Shown here piece after piece: positions 12,231 through 24,790 of a stretch of 64,000 nucleotides of DNA (position 1 is its first letter; each line of letters opens with the position of its first letter). This DNA comes from Felis catus (Eukaryota). Position numbers and translations under genes: made by a program. A model generated the notes under the pieces. It had not been told where the DNA came from. It did no database searches and saw nothing but the letters and a program-made list of their open reading frames with translations. The stretch spans positions 36,706,001 to 36,770,000 of the forward strand of contig NC_058368.1 of NCBI RefSeq assembly GCF_018350175.1, given 5' to 3'.

Positions 12231-12742
12231 CAGCGGCCGTTCAGACATAGGCAGAATCAGGCTGGAGGCAAACTGACCTGGCCGGGCGTACACGTCCTAA
12301 CCTATTCTCGCGGGATCTCAGGAGTTCCCGCCGGAAATTAGCAGGAGCGAGCTGGGATGAGAAAAACCTGGGCGCCCAGGGGGCTGGCGGGCTCTCCTCC
12401 GAGACTCAATCCAAAGGAATCTGGCTCATTCCATTTCTCACACAAAACCCAATCCTCGTGGCCTCGCTCCCTCAACCCAGAGTCACAATGCAGCGGTGCC
12501 TCGCCTCAGAGCCCCGGAAAGGTGCATGCGAACGGGGTGTGGCCCAAAAGCCGAGGAACGGAGGCATGACTGAGGCCTGAACTGGGGAGTGAATTGCGCA
12601 TGCCTGGGCCGCAAAGCCTTGCGAATCCGGAAAGGCCCTGGCAGCTCTGTGGGCGCCGGTTGCCGAGTCTCGGACAGCAGCAGCCCCGAAGTGCCGCCCC
12701 ATCGCACATCCCTGGTGCCAGTTATTCCACCAGGCAGCTGCG
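12231..12742. promoter_or_regulatory. CpG-rich island / candidate promoter
   Basis: About 34 CpGs in ~510 bp by hand count, in an otherwise CpG-poor window. Motifs: TCTCGCGGGA (12306-12315), TTCCCGCC (12325-12332), three CCGGAA (12331, 12514, 12627), TGCGCATGCC (12595-12604). Confidence 0.65.
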
Positions 12743-12994
12743 AGGTGTCTAAAATTCATCCCAGGAAACCATTGCTGCCTGTTCCTTGAAGCTTTCCCCT
12801 GAATAGCATGCCTCAGAGCATTCTTCTCTCTTTCTGACCCAGCACATCTATCAGCACACTGTGATGGGGAAGATGGCTTTTTCACCCAACCCCTTCACGA
12901 GGGGATTGAACAATGCAGTTGTCAGTGAGAGGCGGCCCTCTGCAGTATAAAAACGGGTATGGCTTATTCATTTTATAACTGGAAATTCGGAAAG

Positions 12995-13232
12995 TCGTGG
13001 GTATGTAACGTACAGCATGGTGACTGAAGTTAATAATACTGTATTGCATATTTGAAAGTACTTGGGGGAGTGGGTCTTGAAAGTTTTCATCACAAGGAAA
13101 AAAACATTGTAACTATGTATGGCGATGGATGTTAACTGGATTTGCGGTGCTCGTTTAGCAATATATACAAATAGGGAATCATTGCATTATACCCCTGAAA
13201 CTAATGTTATGTCAATTCTACCTCATTAAAAA
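12995..13232 (+). mobile_element. L1MA/carnivore L1 3' end (5'-truncated)
   Basis: tacagcatggtgact...aataatactgtattgcatatttgaaag...cctgaaactaatgttatgtcaatt matches the L1MA 3' UTR. Confidence 0.85.
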
Positions 13233-14159
13233 GGGTATTGTATTTTATAATTGACAAATATCTAATTCATTAATTGTCATTTAATCATTAATTAATATTC
13301 CTTTAATCGATAGCATCCAGATTAATAGTTTTTTGAATGAGTTAGCAAATGAAAGAGACAAATACCAGTTAGAAAGATTTTCAGCTCAAAAGCTGTTCTT
13401 TAATGATAAATATCAGGAAATCAGTAACTGTTACTCTTATTAGTTCTGAGCCCCTGATGAGGTCTCCGTCCAAGCAGCGATGTGTGACCTCTCTTCTGTT
13501 TTCGAATTCTGGGGAGATTTGGGCAAAAAGAGGCTGGTGATGGACAAGTCTGGTGATGGACCATAGCTTGGTCACTGCTTCTCATCTCAAGAAAAGTGAC
13601 CTGCCTTCCTTTTATGTACTCGAGAATATTGCTAGTGAAAGCATCTGATCACAGATTTAACTTTCTCATTTGGAGTGCTGAGAGGTGAACTTCTGCAGTT
13701 CTTGGGTAGAGATATTAAAACAGAAAGCACACAACAAAGCTCTTATGATAGAGTGTAAGATACAAGAACACTTAAGCTCTAGTTATTTTTATTTGTTGTA
13801 TCTTATATCAGTTATCTGATAGACCTGGCATAGCCTAGGGCTTCATACATCATGCTTTTGTAGAGACAGGTTCCTCAATCTGTATGTTCACAGCTAAAGG
13901 AAACATTGTAGCATAGCAAATGGCCAAGAAAGTAACCTTATCCTGTGTCTTTTGTATTGTCGGAGTTTCCCCAGAGGTCATGGGGAAGTAAGGGCATTCA
14001 TCAAGACATTTAATTACCAAGCACACAGGGCTGAGCTCCATTTCTCAGGTTCTCATTGGGGTCGTGCCCCTGAAATGGGAGCAGCAATGGCAGTTAGGAA
14101 AGGGTGTGCCTGTTTCTCCTTTCGGTGCTGCGGTAAGGGAAGGGGTTGGTAGATGAGAC

Positions 14160-14322
14160 AGTCTGGATTCTTGAGTTACCTTGTGGAGGAGCTGCAGGCA
14201 GTTGAATCTCCAGGTCTCTGTCAGACTCTGGTGTTGATGAGAAATAAACTTCCGCTGTGTTAAGACTCTGAGGTTTCAGGGCTAATTGATCACAGCATAG
14301 TACAGGCTAGCCTGCTGATTCA
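14160..14322 (+). mobile_element. MaLR LTR 3' fragment (MLT1)
   Basis: gagaaataaacttccgctgtgttaagactctgaggtttcaggg matches the MLT1 3' end. Confidence 0.6.
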
Positions 14323-14519
14323 GACATGATCTATGCATATCGGACATGCAGATGCACAAAGTTTAAGAGATGTAAGAGTCCTGACAGTCTCCTTTGCCAG
14401 AGGCAACCACTGTTTCTGGTTTCTTACCTATCTTTCAGAGATAAGTTATGTGCTAATAACAAAAAAAGTAATAACTGTGGTAATGGCAGCAAACATTTAG
14501 TAAGAGCTTGCTGTGACAA

Positions 14520-14878
14520 TTGACCCTAAAAGTTATTCTTCAACCCCAATGGAAAGTAATCTAGGTGAGCAGTATGTGTGTGTGGTGAAGGGAGTTCTTT
14601 GTTCCAGTGAGTCATTAAAGGACCCCAACTAAAAGAGGCTTTGCAGTCTTTCATGTGTGTCATTGAGACTGACCTGGCCATTAATATCTGCCTGGCAAAA
14701 GGGCAAAGAGCATAAAGGATAGCATGTGAGAGGCTTTTATAGGCCAGGTCTGCCAATCATTGACTAGAGTTCAGTCGTGTCCCCACACCTTAGTGCAAAA
14801 GAGGCTGGCAGATATGGTTTATTGTGCCCACAGATGAAGAGGAACTGTGTTTGGCCATCAGCGAGCCGTCTTTGCCTT
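14520..14878 (-). mobile_element. MaLR LTR (MLT1J/K-like) inserted in a MIR
   Basis: cattgactagagttcagtcgtgtccccacaccttagtgcaaaagaggctgg; MIR-like pieces on both flanks (14470-14520 and 14885-15020). Confidence 0.55.
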
Positions 14879-15029
14879 ACTAATGTGTTCATCCAACAGT
14901 TCTATGAACTAGGGGCTACTATTATGCCCACTTCACAGATTCATAAACTATTATGCCTATGGCTAGTAAGTGGCAGAGCCTAGAAATGTCTGACACTAGA
15001 GCTGGGCTTAGCCACTGTACTTATCCTTT

Positions 15030-15540
15030 CTTTATACAGAGTAGTATATTATGCACACAGTTTTCTATTTGTAATTGTTTTTTCCCCTTAAGGATATTTA
15101 GTTGAGATTATTTAATGCTAGTATATATAAGGCTGTTTATTTATTTATTTATTTTTTGATAGCTGTATACTGTATACATAAATGAGTCATGATTTAAGTA
15201 CAGTTATGATGAAGATTGTTTCCATTTTTCCCCATTTCAAGCAGTGTTGCAGTGAATATGCTCAAAAGTTCATGTTTGCACACATGTGCATGTATATGGA
15301 GAAGAATACTTCCTAGAAGTAAAATTGCTCATCTAGAATGGTATATGTATATTTACTTTTACAGATGTTTTCAAATTTCCCTGTGGTTGGAATATTTTTT
15401 ATATAAAAAGAATACAGTTTACATTTCCATCAACAAAGTATGAAAATATATATTTCTCCATAGTTATACCACACGAATTTTTCTGCTTTTTGCTATTTGC
15501 TAAATTATAAGTAAAAATGGTATTTGATACTAGCTTTTCT
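15030..15540 (-). mobile_element. Ancient L1ME fragment
   Basis: ttgtttccattttt...tgttgcagtgaatat...cctagaagtaaaattgct...tttacatttccatcaaca matches the reverse-complement L1 ORF2 end. Confidence 0.6.
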
Positions 15541-16451
15541 TCTATCTCATAACTTTTATTGCTTTGTAATATTTAAGAATACAATGGAAGAAAATGGACA
15601 GATTCTTTAGATTGAGGATCCACAGAATACTCTTCTAGGGAAAAAATTGGTATTAAGTGTTATCATTTAGCCAACTCTCATTTATTTTGCAGTAATTGTA
15701 ACAACATCTCATTTTTCAAGAAAACAATCTTAAGAGAAATGTCAGTAATTTTTCTATGAAAATGGTAAAACCAAACCATAATTTAAAATTGTCTGTCACT
15801 TTGGGGATGGCAGCATCCCCTAGTGCCGTAAGAACTTTTCAGAAGGCAGATTGCTCTAAGCACATTTCCATTATGCACAAAATGCACTTCTTCTTTGCTG
15901 TGTTGCCTGAGCTGAACACAGGTAGAATTGTATTTCTAATGTGCAGTGAGTTATACTGAAGCCACCGCAGTATTCCCTGCTGCATAGGTCCTGGGGTGTG
16001 GTGAGATTGAGGAGTGCCTCTTCCTGTTCCAGTACTTTTTTATTTTTTTTAATTTTGTAATGAACAGCAGTATTTATTGAGCTTTACCGTGTGAAGCTTG
16101 TGCTTGGTTCTTAGCCATGCAACACAGTGTGATAAATACCACAAAAAAATGCAAAGATGTATAAGCAGCATATAAATTAGCAACATTTCTTTGTTATGAG
16201 TGTATTTTTCTGATTGTTTGTCATTTGTTTGCTTTTGAAGGAATCCCAGCATTAAAAAGCCTTTTGTAATAGTACAAAAAAAATTCAACATTAATTTTTG
16301 GCAAAGAGATCATTGGAATTTCACTTTAGAATGGAAATAATGACATCTGAAAACCTTAAGTTTTTAATGATGTTTTGATTTCTTAATCAGATATCAAAAA
16401 AAGGATCATTTAATTAGATAATCTTTAGATTTTATATATGCATATATTTAA

Positions 16452-17078
16452 TTTTTTATTGAAGTATCATTGACATGCAACGTCCTATTAGTTTCAGATG
16501 TACATCATGGCAATTTGATATTTTTATAGATATGAAATGATCCCCACAATAAGTGTAGTTACTGTATGTCACTATACAAAGTTATGACAATATTATTGAC
16601 TATATTCCCTATGCTGTATATTACATCTCCATGAATTATATTTTATACCTGAAAGTTTGTGCCTCTTAATCCTCTTCTATTTTTCCCATTCCCATGAGTG
16701 CTTCTAGCTCTGGTAACCAGCAGTTTGTTTCCTGTATCTATGAGCCTCTTTCTGTTTTGTTTGTTCATTTGTTTTTTAGAGTCTACATGTGAGTGAAGTC
16801 ATTATATTTGTCTTTGTCTGTCTGATTTATTTCACCTAGCATAATACCCTCTAGGCCCATCCACGTTGCTAAATGGGAAGATTTCATTGTTTGTTTGTTT
16901 TTTTTTACAGCTGAATAATATTCCATTGTATGTATGTATGTGTGTGTTTATAAATATACATATATGTATATGTATTGTTTATCCATTTATGTATGGATGG
17001 ATACATGGACACTTAAGTTGCTTGCATATCTTGACTGTGTATATAATACTGTGATGAACATAGGGGTGTATATATCTC
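16452..17078 (-). mobile_element. L1MA9-like 3' end
   Basis: ttttttattgaagtatcattgacat...attagtttcagatgtaca...atattattgactatattccctatgctgta...cctagcataataccctctagg. Confidence 0.85.
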
Positions 17079-17301
17079 TTTGTTTTTTGTTTTATACATG
17101 TTTATTTGTTTTGAGAGGGAGAGTGTGTGTATGTGCATGTGCACGAGCAGGGCACGAGCAGAGAGAGGGAGAGAGAGAATCCAAAGCAGGGTCTGCACCA
17201 TCAGCACAGAGCCCTAGGTGTGGTTCGACCTCCTGTGAGATCATGACCTGAGTGGAAACCAAGAGTGAAATGCTTAACTGACTGAGCTAGCCAGGTGCCC
17301 C
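17079..17301 (-). mobile_element. Older SINEC_Fc
   Basis: Diverged Can-SINE ending ccaggtgcccc. Confidence 0.9.
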
Positions 17302-17447
17302 TTGAGTAGTTCTTAATAAAGAAGCCTATTGTTATTGTTGTAGAGATCATGTATTAATACAGAATTAATATCTATCCACCCAAGAATAGGTTATATCTTT
17401 TAATTTATTAAGTGTCTCTAGTTTCTTCAGTTGCATTTTATTTTATT

Positions 17448-17644
17448 AAAAATTTTTTTAATGTTTATTATTTTGTTTTTGAGGGGGGGAAGGGGCAGAG
17501 AGAGAGGGAGACAGAGATCAGAGGCAGGCTCCAGGCTCTGAGCTGTTAGAACAGAGCCTGACATGGGGCTCAAACTCAGGAACTGCGAGATCATGACCTG
17601 AGCCGAAGTCGGATGCTTAACCGACTGAGCCACCCAGGTGCCCC
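17448..17644 (-). mobile_element. SINEC_Fc nested in the tail of the adjacent SINE
   Basis: Inner TSD cattttattttatt at 17434-17447 and 17647-17660. Confidence 0.92.
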
Positions 17645-17660
17645 TACATTTTATTTTATT

Positions 17661-17865
17661 TTTCTAATGTTTATTTATTTTTGAGAGAGAGAGACAGAGC
17701 ACGAACAGGGGAGGGGGAGAGAGAGCAGAGACACAGAATCTGAAGCAGGCTTCAGGTTCTGAACTGTCAGCACAAAGCCCACCGGAGGGCTCGAACCCAC
17801 AAACTATGAGATCATGACCTGAGCCAAAGTCGGATGCTGAACCAATTGAGCTACCCAGGCACCCC
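17661..17865 (-). mobile_element. SINEC_Fc
   Basis: Outer TSD tctt(c/t)agttgcatttta at 17424-17440 and 17866-17882. Confidence 0.92.
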
Positions 17866-20446
17866 TCTTTAGTTGCATTTTAATGTTTTCTTCATCTAAA
17901 CTTCTTTTGAAGCATGTTAGATATCTTTTCTCTTTGTTTTGTTATTTTTCCATTATATTTTTGATTGGTTATTATTTTTACACAGAAAGCTACTTACTTT
18001 TGTATATAAGTTTTGTCCCAGCCATGTAAGAATGATTATTATTAAGAGGCCGTGAATGTAATGTAAGATTACATGGGTCAGTGCCAGATGAATCCCAGCT
18101 CTATCACTTACTGGCTGTTATTGTGAGGATTGCAGATAATCTATGAAAAATGCTTAGAATAGTGCTTCATCAGTTTAACCACTTTTCTTAATCAGATATT
18201 GGTATAGAAGTTAGCTTGCTTCTCGCTTGCTTTGGATGCTTTCTTGTTTCTATACTTGGGAAAAATTTTAAGATGAATAGGACACATTTTCTTCCATGGT
18301 GGGGAACTCTACTTTCATTGGTCAATTCGTTTGGTACTCCAAATCTCCTTTGATAGAATAATGATTATACTAATTTCATAAATGTTATATTCTACTCAGA
18401 GTGGTTAAAAAGGTGTCTGAACCAAAATTTAAATCCAGACTTCCCTACTCTAAAGCCAAAGTCAAGATTTAAACATGGCAATATAGTAAAAGATTTATTT
18501 GAAAATATATGCCTTTTTAATCACAAAATTTATTCTTACACTTCCACATTCATTTACTTGTGGAATGTTTTTCTATAACATGCTTTAATATAAAATGTGC
18601 TTTAATTACACAAGTTTGGTTTATGGGAAGGTCTTAACTGTGGCTCCAAAGGGAGAAAAAAATGAGTAAAAATAGGACTACTGATTTTGACACTTCAAAA
18701 AAAATCTTTTCCTCTTTTGTATCTTTCCCATCCTCTATCCCTATTACTATTCATTGTAGCCCATATAATAATACCTGACCTGGGTTACTACAACAGCCTA
18801 TAAAATGGTCTCTTCATCTCTAATCTTATCTTCCTTAAAGCATTCTCTGCACTGTCGCTGCAGCCATATATTACCAGTATTAACCACATTTCCCCCTTTA
18901 GCCAAGTTAGAGCTCATTAGGGCAGCTTGAAGGCTCTCCTCACCTACGTCTCTTACCTCTCCAGCCAAGAATCTCACTAGAATGCTCAAGCAATACCAAA
19001 TGCTCCAAGTTCTCTTGAGCACACAAAAGTGCTTTTTCATCTTTGTGAATGTGACCCTCATTGCCCTCCTACCTTCTTCTTCCCCAGTAATGAGCACTGT
19101 GCTTCATAGACCCGAAGTTCTCAGTAGATGTGTTTCCTGAAAGAATAAACAAATGTTTCTGCTCTTCTTTTTCACAGATCTTTCAGGAAAGAAGTTTTTA
19201 TTGTGGAAAAGCTTGAGAAGTTTAGTTACACACCAGGAGTCCTGGCTTTTACCAGGATTCTGTCTTTTGACCCACTGTTGGACTCTGGACATGTATCTGT
19301 GGGTTTGGGCATACAAGTGTCCAAGCAGATTTTGGGACTGAGACAACTCACTGTTGGGGTAAAATTAGGAGAGCACTGAATAGGCAGGAAAGCTTTACAT
19401 AATATTTTATTCAAGTCTTACCACCTCCTACAGAGTGGGAATTAATATTTGTATAATACCAATGGAGAACAGTGACACAAATAAATGATATCCAAGGGGA
19501 AGGAGAAAAATGCTTCTTATGCAGGGGCCTGAGGAAGGAGGAGGAGAAAAGCCAAAAGTCAGAGTGTCTTCATTCCTGAACCTCTCCCCACACCCCCTCC
19601 ACAATCAAATCTTTGGGAAGGAGGCAAAGGGTAGGGAAAGCCAGAGAGATTTGGAGTGTCTGGAACAAGGAAGCTTCCTTGTTTCTCATGGCATAGCCTG
19701 GAGAAACTGCAACTCTCTTAAGGAAGTCAAACCTTCAGTATATTCAGCATGCATAGCTGCCAGCTGTGGTTGCTTTGAAATGTCTGAAGAAGAGGTCTAG
19801 GCAAATCAGCCTGTGCTAGCAGGTTCCTGTGGCTTGTGTGTGTCATCTGGGGAGTGGACCTTTCTCATAGTGCTTGTGGGGTGTGCATAAATGCTAAGAG
19901 GACTGCAAGAGCCATAGAGTCAGGACAAGGAGGCTGCCACATGTGGGGACCGACCGTGTGGCTGGAGTCTGGAGGAGGGCCTATCCCTTTCAACACTGGG
20001 TGCAAGTTGGAAATGTACGGGACCAATCTCACATTAGCAGGATGATGAGCCAGTTGGGACAAGCTAGACCAGAGCACATTATTGCCAAAACGTCCCTGCC
20101 TCAAGTCTGCAAGAACTTAGAAAGTCCCTGGCTAAGAGGTCATCAGAAGGAAGGAGGAAAAAAGATGTAATTTACTGAGATTAAATCCTGAAGTGACTGA
20201 GATAATAGCTGAAAAGTAGATAATAGCTGAAAACTGAGAGAGACTCAGTTCTGATCATTGATGAGTTGAAGATGGTTATTACTGTTCAGTGGGCTCAAAA
20301 GCAAGATGAGATTTGTTGTTGAAAGTAGTTCCTTTTTTTTTTTTTGCACATTTGAATGGTGGCATGTGTCATCAACCACACTATATTTTTTAATCATTCA
20401 GTCATTCAACAACTATTTATTGGTCACCTACTACATATAGTCATGC

Positions 20447-20614
20447 TTTTTTAAAAAAATATTTTTCAGAGAGAGTGCAAGCGGGGGAGGGCTAGCGAGG
20501 GGGTGACAGAGGATCTGAAGTGGGTTCCGTGGTGACAGGCTAATAGCAGTGAGCCCGATGTGGGGCTTGAACTTACGAACAGCGAGATCATGACCTGAGC
20601 CTCCCAGGTGCCCC
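20447..20614 (-). mobile_element. SINEC with an internal deletion
   Basis: Can-SINE in which gacctgagc joins directly to ctcccaggtgcccc. Confidence 0.85.
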
Positions 20615-21169
20615 AACTATATTCTGTAATTCTGCTCATAACTCTTGCTGATGTTTCAAAGCCCTTTTTGAAACAACTCTTTCTGTGACCGTATGCTTTC
20701 TTGGAGACTCACGTAGGCCTCCTAAGGGCCAGCTCCTGAAACCCAGCCCTACTTTTCCTTACATCAGAGGTTTCTTATTCTTCATGATTCCCCATTTAGT
20801 GTTGTTTTCCTGGGGATTTCCATTATTATTTTTCAAGTAATGGTCTTACACATACCACAGGAGATGTGGTATGCCTATGTATGTAAATATCTGTGATATA
20901 AATCTGAAATTTTTATTAAGTCATAAACACTGATTCTCCTTGCATTAGCTCTGTGGCAATCCTGCCTTTTTTCCTGGATGTTAAGTTTGATGCAGTGGAT
21001 GGAGGTTTTTGATAGTATAACTGAAAGCTGGCAAAGGAAAAGCTTCTGCTTCAGCAGAATAAGGTTGAAGAGGTATGCTGGCAGTAGGTTATTTCTCCCG
21101 CTACAGGATGGCTTGGTTGTTTTTTGGATATCCTATTTGAAGGTCACACCACCATGGGGAATTCGAAGC

Positions 21170-21790
21170 ATCCTTTATGCCTAAGCAGTGAGAGAGCCAG
21201 AGAGAGAAGGGACTGATTGAAATCCCTCTCTGGAGGCCAACTAGAAGAGAACAAAGGGGTAGGATTGGGGTGTGGGGGTGTAGGGTTAAAAGGAGGGAAT
21301 GGCAGTGAGGAGCAGGAGGGAGTTCCTGGAGGGCTCTGACGGAGAGTCTCTTCTGGTCGGAGAGGGCTTGCATGCTATCCTCCAAGAGACCAGTTGGACT
21401 ATGACTCCTTTGCAGGAAACCTCCTAGATCTCTGCCCCCGGTGTAGACTAAATTGTTTGAACCGACAGTAAATAACTAACTGGACGCTTTTTAAGAATCC
21501 AGCTATGGGCACCTGGGTCGCTCAGTTGGTTAAGTATCTGACTTTGGCTCAGGTCACAATCTTGTGGTTCATGAGTTCGAGCCTGGCGTTGGGCTCTGTG
21601 CTGACAGCTTAGAGCCTGGAGCTTACTTTGGATTCTATGTCTCCCTCTCTCTGCCCCTCCCCTGCTCTCTCTCTCTGTCTCTATCTCTCTCTCAAAAATA
21701 AATAAACATTAAAAAAATTTAAAAAATAAAAAGATTCCGCATATGTGCTTCATGGACTAAATAGGTTGTAAGATGGTCTTTCCTTCCCTC
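21170..21790. mobile_element. Possible ancient LTR (MamGypLTR-like), interrupted by a SINE
   Basis: Purine-rich gagagagccagagagagaag and ctgcccccggtgtagactaaattgtttgaaccgacagtaaataactaactggac resemble old Gypsy-class mammalian LTRs (from memory). Confidence 0.35.
21507..21730 (+). mobile_element. SINEC_Fc
   Basis: gggcacctgggtcgctcagttggttaag head, (CT)n and aataaa tail; degenerate TSD aaga(a/t)tcc. Confidence 0.95.
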
Positions 21791-22654
21791 TCCCTAGCTG
21801 ATGCCCTGACTCCTTCAGGGTAGAAGGCAGTATGGTGAAAAGTCCTCCGTGGGGCCCCATAACATGGTAGTAGAAATGACATTTTGTTTGCTGAATGTGC
21901 TACTCTTCCCTTCCACAGTAAGGGAGTTTGCATCCAGGTAATGCTGTGGGGAGCAGAAGAGTAACAACCACAGCATGGTTTTAAATTCAGTTCAAGAAAT
22001 TGGCTTCCTCCTCACCCATCTTCCCCTGTCTTATGTTAAGCGTTTGTAGTTGCTTCAGGCTTCAGAATTGTCATTTCATCAAATTATACTTTCATATATT
22101 ATTATACAATACATAACAATATATTGCCATGCCAAAACTATTTTATTGTTACAGACGTTATGGATATAGAAAGAAAAAAAAACAATAGAATAAAATAAAA
22201 TCATCTGAAACATTTCAATTCCAACTTCTTGTTTTTTACATGAGATGATGGAACATTGAGGCAAATTCTTTTCTTGTCAGTATGAAGTATAAGTTTCCTA
22301 GGACAGTTTTTCTATTTCTTGATTGTGGGATCTATAGTGAGTGTTGTAACCTAGTCCTGCAAAAATACTGTGACAAAAAAAAATCTGAACACACAGATAT
22401 TTGGGGGGAAACAGGGTACTTTCTACTAAAGACCTGCTATTGGCCTCTGCTTTAATATTCTTTAAGGTTTCATTGGAGGTGGAAGGTGGGTGTTTGAGAA
22501 TCTTAATTCAGTCTTTTTCTGATTGCATAGACAGAAATTCATGCATAGCCCCTACCGTCTTCCCACAGCCACAAGTCTCCTGTTGCTTTCCCCCCCCCCT
22601 TTTTCCCCTTTCATATCTCCTTTTATTAATACTTCTTGATAGTGAATTATTTTA

Positions 22655-22871
22655 TTTTATTTTAATATTATTTTAAAATATTTATTTTTGAGAGAGAGAC
22701 AGAGCACGAGTGGGGGAGGGGCAGAGAGAGAGGGAGACACAGAATCCAAAGCAGGTTACAGACTCTGAGCTGTCAGCGCAGAGCCCAGTGTGGGGCTCAG
22801 ACTCATGAACCACAAGATCATGACCTGAACTGAAGTTGGCCGCTTAACCTACTGAGCCACCCAAGCGCCCC
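22655..22871 (-). mobile_element. SINEC_Fc
   Basis: 17-bp TSD gatagtgaattatttta at 22638-22654 and 22872-22888. Confidence 0.96.
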
Positions 22872-22889
22872 GATAGTGAATTATTTTAA

Positions 22890-24420
22890 AATAGTCACTG
22901 TGGTAACTGTCATCCAAACCAAAAGACAGAACCATGCCTGCCATCCCAGAAACCCTTTGGTGAGGCCCTTCACAGTTACAAACACTCCCTTCTGTCATAT
23001 TAACTATTATCTTGACTTTTATAGTAATTATGTCCTTGTATATATACATTTTTTACCAACAGTGCATCTTTATACATTGTATCGTAGTCTTTTGCATTAA
23101 AAAATGATGTCTTTAGATTCTCTTTTAATCTACAGTTTTTCTCCCCACCCCTGTCTCATCCCTTTCTTTTCCTTAAAATTTTCTTGTTAAAGGACCTAGA
23201 TAATCTGAACTGTCAAGTTTCCTATTGTCTAGATTTTGTTAACTATATATACTTGGCTAAGTTAACATGTTCTATTCTCCTCTCTATTTTCTGAAAATGT
23301 GCCACAGGCTTCAGAGGGTTGGTCATACTCATGTTTAACATTTTAGCAAGTCAGTAGAACGTACATATGTCTGATTGTCTCTTTTTGTTATCAGGCATTG
23401 AATGGGGGGTGGTTGCAAATGAAGATAATCCATCATTTAAAAAATTGTAATCTGAAATATTTTATAAATAGACACTTGCTCTCATCTGTTATTTGTTTAT
23501 CCAGTGGTCTAGTCATGTAGGAAAGGCAGAATAAATGTTTCTTTCTTTCTCTTTATTTACATCCTTTGAAGATGATCATTTAATTTTTAATTTAAATATA
23601 AATGAATGGATTTATGCATATTTGCTGATTTCAATCCATGGGAATTATTTCCCTTATTGAAGCCAAATTGTCCCATCTTTGACCAGTGGAAACCTCATAA
23701 AGTTGTCTACTGAGTCCTTTTAACAGGTCTGGTAGTCTTTGCTTCTTTTTGACAAGGTATTTCAGGATTGTTTTGTACATAGCCTGCCCCGGACATGAAA
23801 TCAACTATTTGTCCAAGAAGCATTGGCTCCTCTTCATAGGAAAAGACAACTCAAAACCATAGTCTTACTGTTAATAATGCTTTCTAACTTCGGATTTCTT
23901 CTTCCATTACTGTTGAGTAGTGTTCAAAAGCTGGTGGCTTGCTTTCTGAGATTTCCTGCATCTGTTTCCTTTTTCATTTCATCTCTGTCTTCCTTGTTCT
24001 GTGAAATTTTGATTCACTTCCCACCCGTTTCTTTTCAGCATGTGGGTCTCTTTGAGAAGAGAAGCCTGTCTGGTCAGTTTTATAGGGTCTAGTCTACTCT
24101 GTTTCCTTCAGTCCTTGATGCCATTTCCTTGTACTCTCCCACCGTTAGATTGGGCAAAATCCCTCCAGTTTCAGGTGCATTTCTTGTCCTCAGGATCATC
24201 AGATACTGTATTGTTTCTCTTTGTTTTCTTCTGCACAAACACTGATACCTTGCAGATCTTGTGGTTGTTAGTGATTTGTTGTCACTGTCTTGAAATTTAG
24301 GGTTTGTGGGGGATGTCTTGTCACTTAGCTTGATAGAAATGCTGTCCCTAAATTGTTTTTCTGCTCTGTGTTTATGTGAAGATTTAAGAAGTTTCAAGAA
24401 CTATGTGGCCACCATATTCC
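22890..24420 (-). mobile_element. Ancient L1M (L1MC/L1ME) fragments
   Basis: aaattgtcccatctttgaccagtggaaacctc...ctgagtcctttt...ccaagaagcattggctcc (L1MC/ME 3' region, reverse complement); L1M 5'-like end near 24405-24420. Confidence 0.55.
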
Positions 24421-24431
24421 TGGAATATTTC

Positions 24432-24790
24432 TTTTCTTTAAATTTAAATTTAAATTTTAGTTAACATACAGTGCAATATTGGTTTCAGGGGTAGAATTCA
24501 GTGATTTATTTATGAGCACCCAGTGCTCATCACAAAAAGTGCTCTCCTTAGTACCCATCACCCATGTAGCCCCTCTCCCACCTATCTCCCTCAACCCATA
24601 GGTTGTTCTCTATCGTTAAGAGTTTCTTGTGGTTTGTTTCCCTCCCTTCTCTTCCCCCTCCTTCCCATATGTTCATCTGTTTTGTTTATTAAATTCCACA
24701 TATGAGTGAAATCATATGGTATTTGCCTTTCTCTAGTTTCATCCACATCATTGCAAATGGCAAGATTCTATTCTTTTTGATGGCCAAGAA
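24432..24790 (-). mobile_element. Carnivore L1 3' end (truncated)
   Basis: tagttaacatacagtgcaatattggtttcaggggtagaattcagtg...cacccagtgctcatcaca...ccacatatgagtgaaatcatatgg; gaatatt on both flanks. Confidence 0.88.

Noticed and set aside
11859..12885. Longest ORFs near the CpG island (144 aa and 137 aa, minus strand)
   Set aside because: No recognisable domain; one runs through a poly-T tract and an MLT1 LTR, and GC-rich DNA yields long ORFs by chance.
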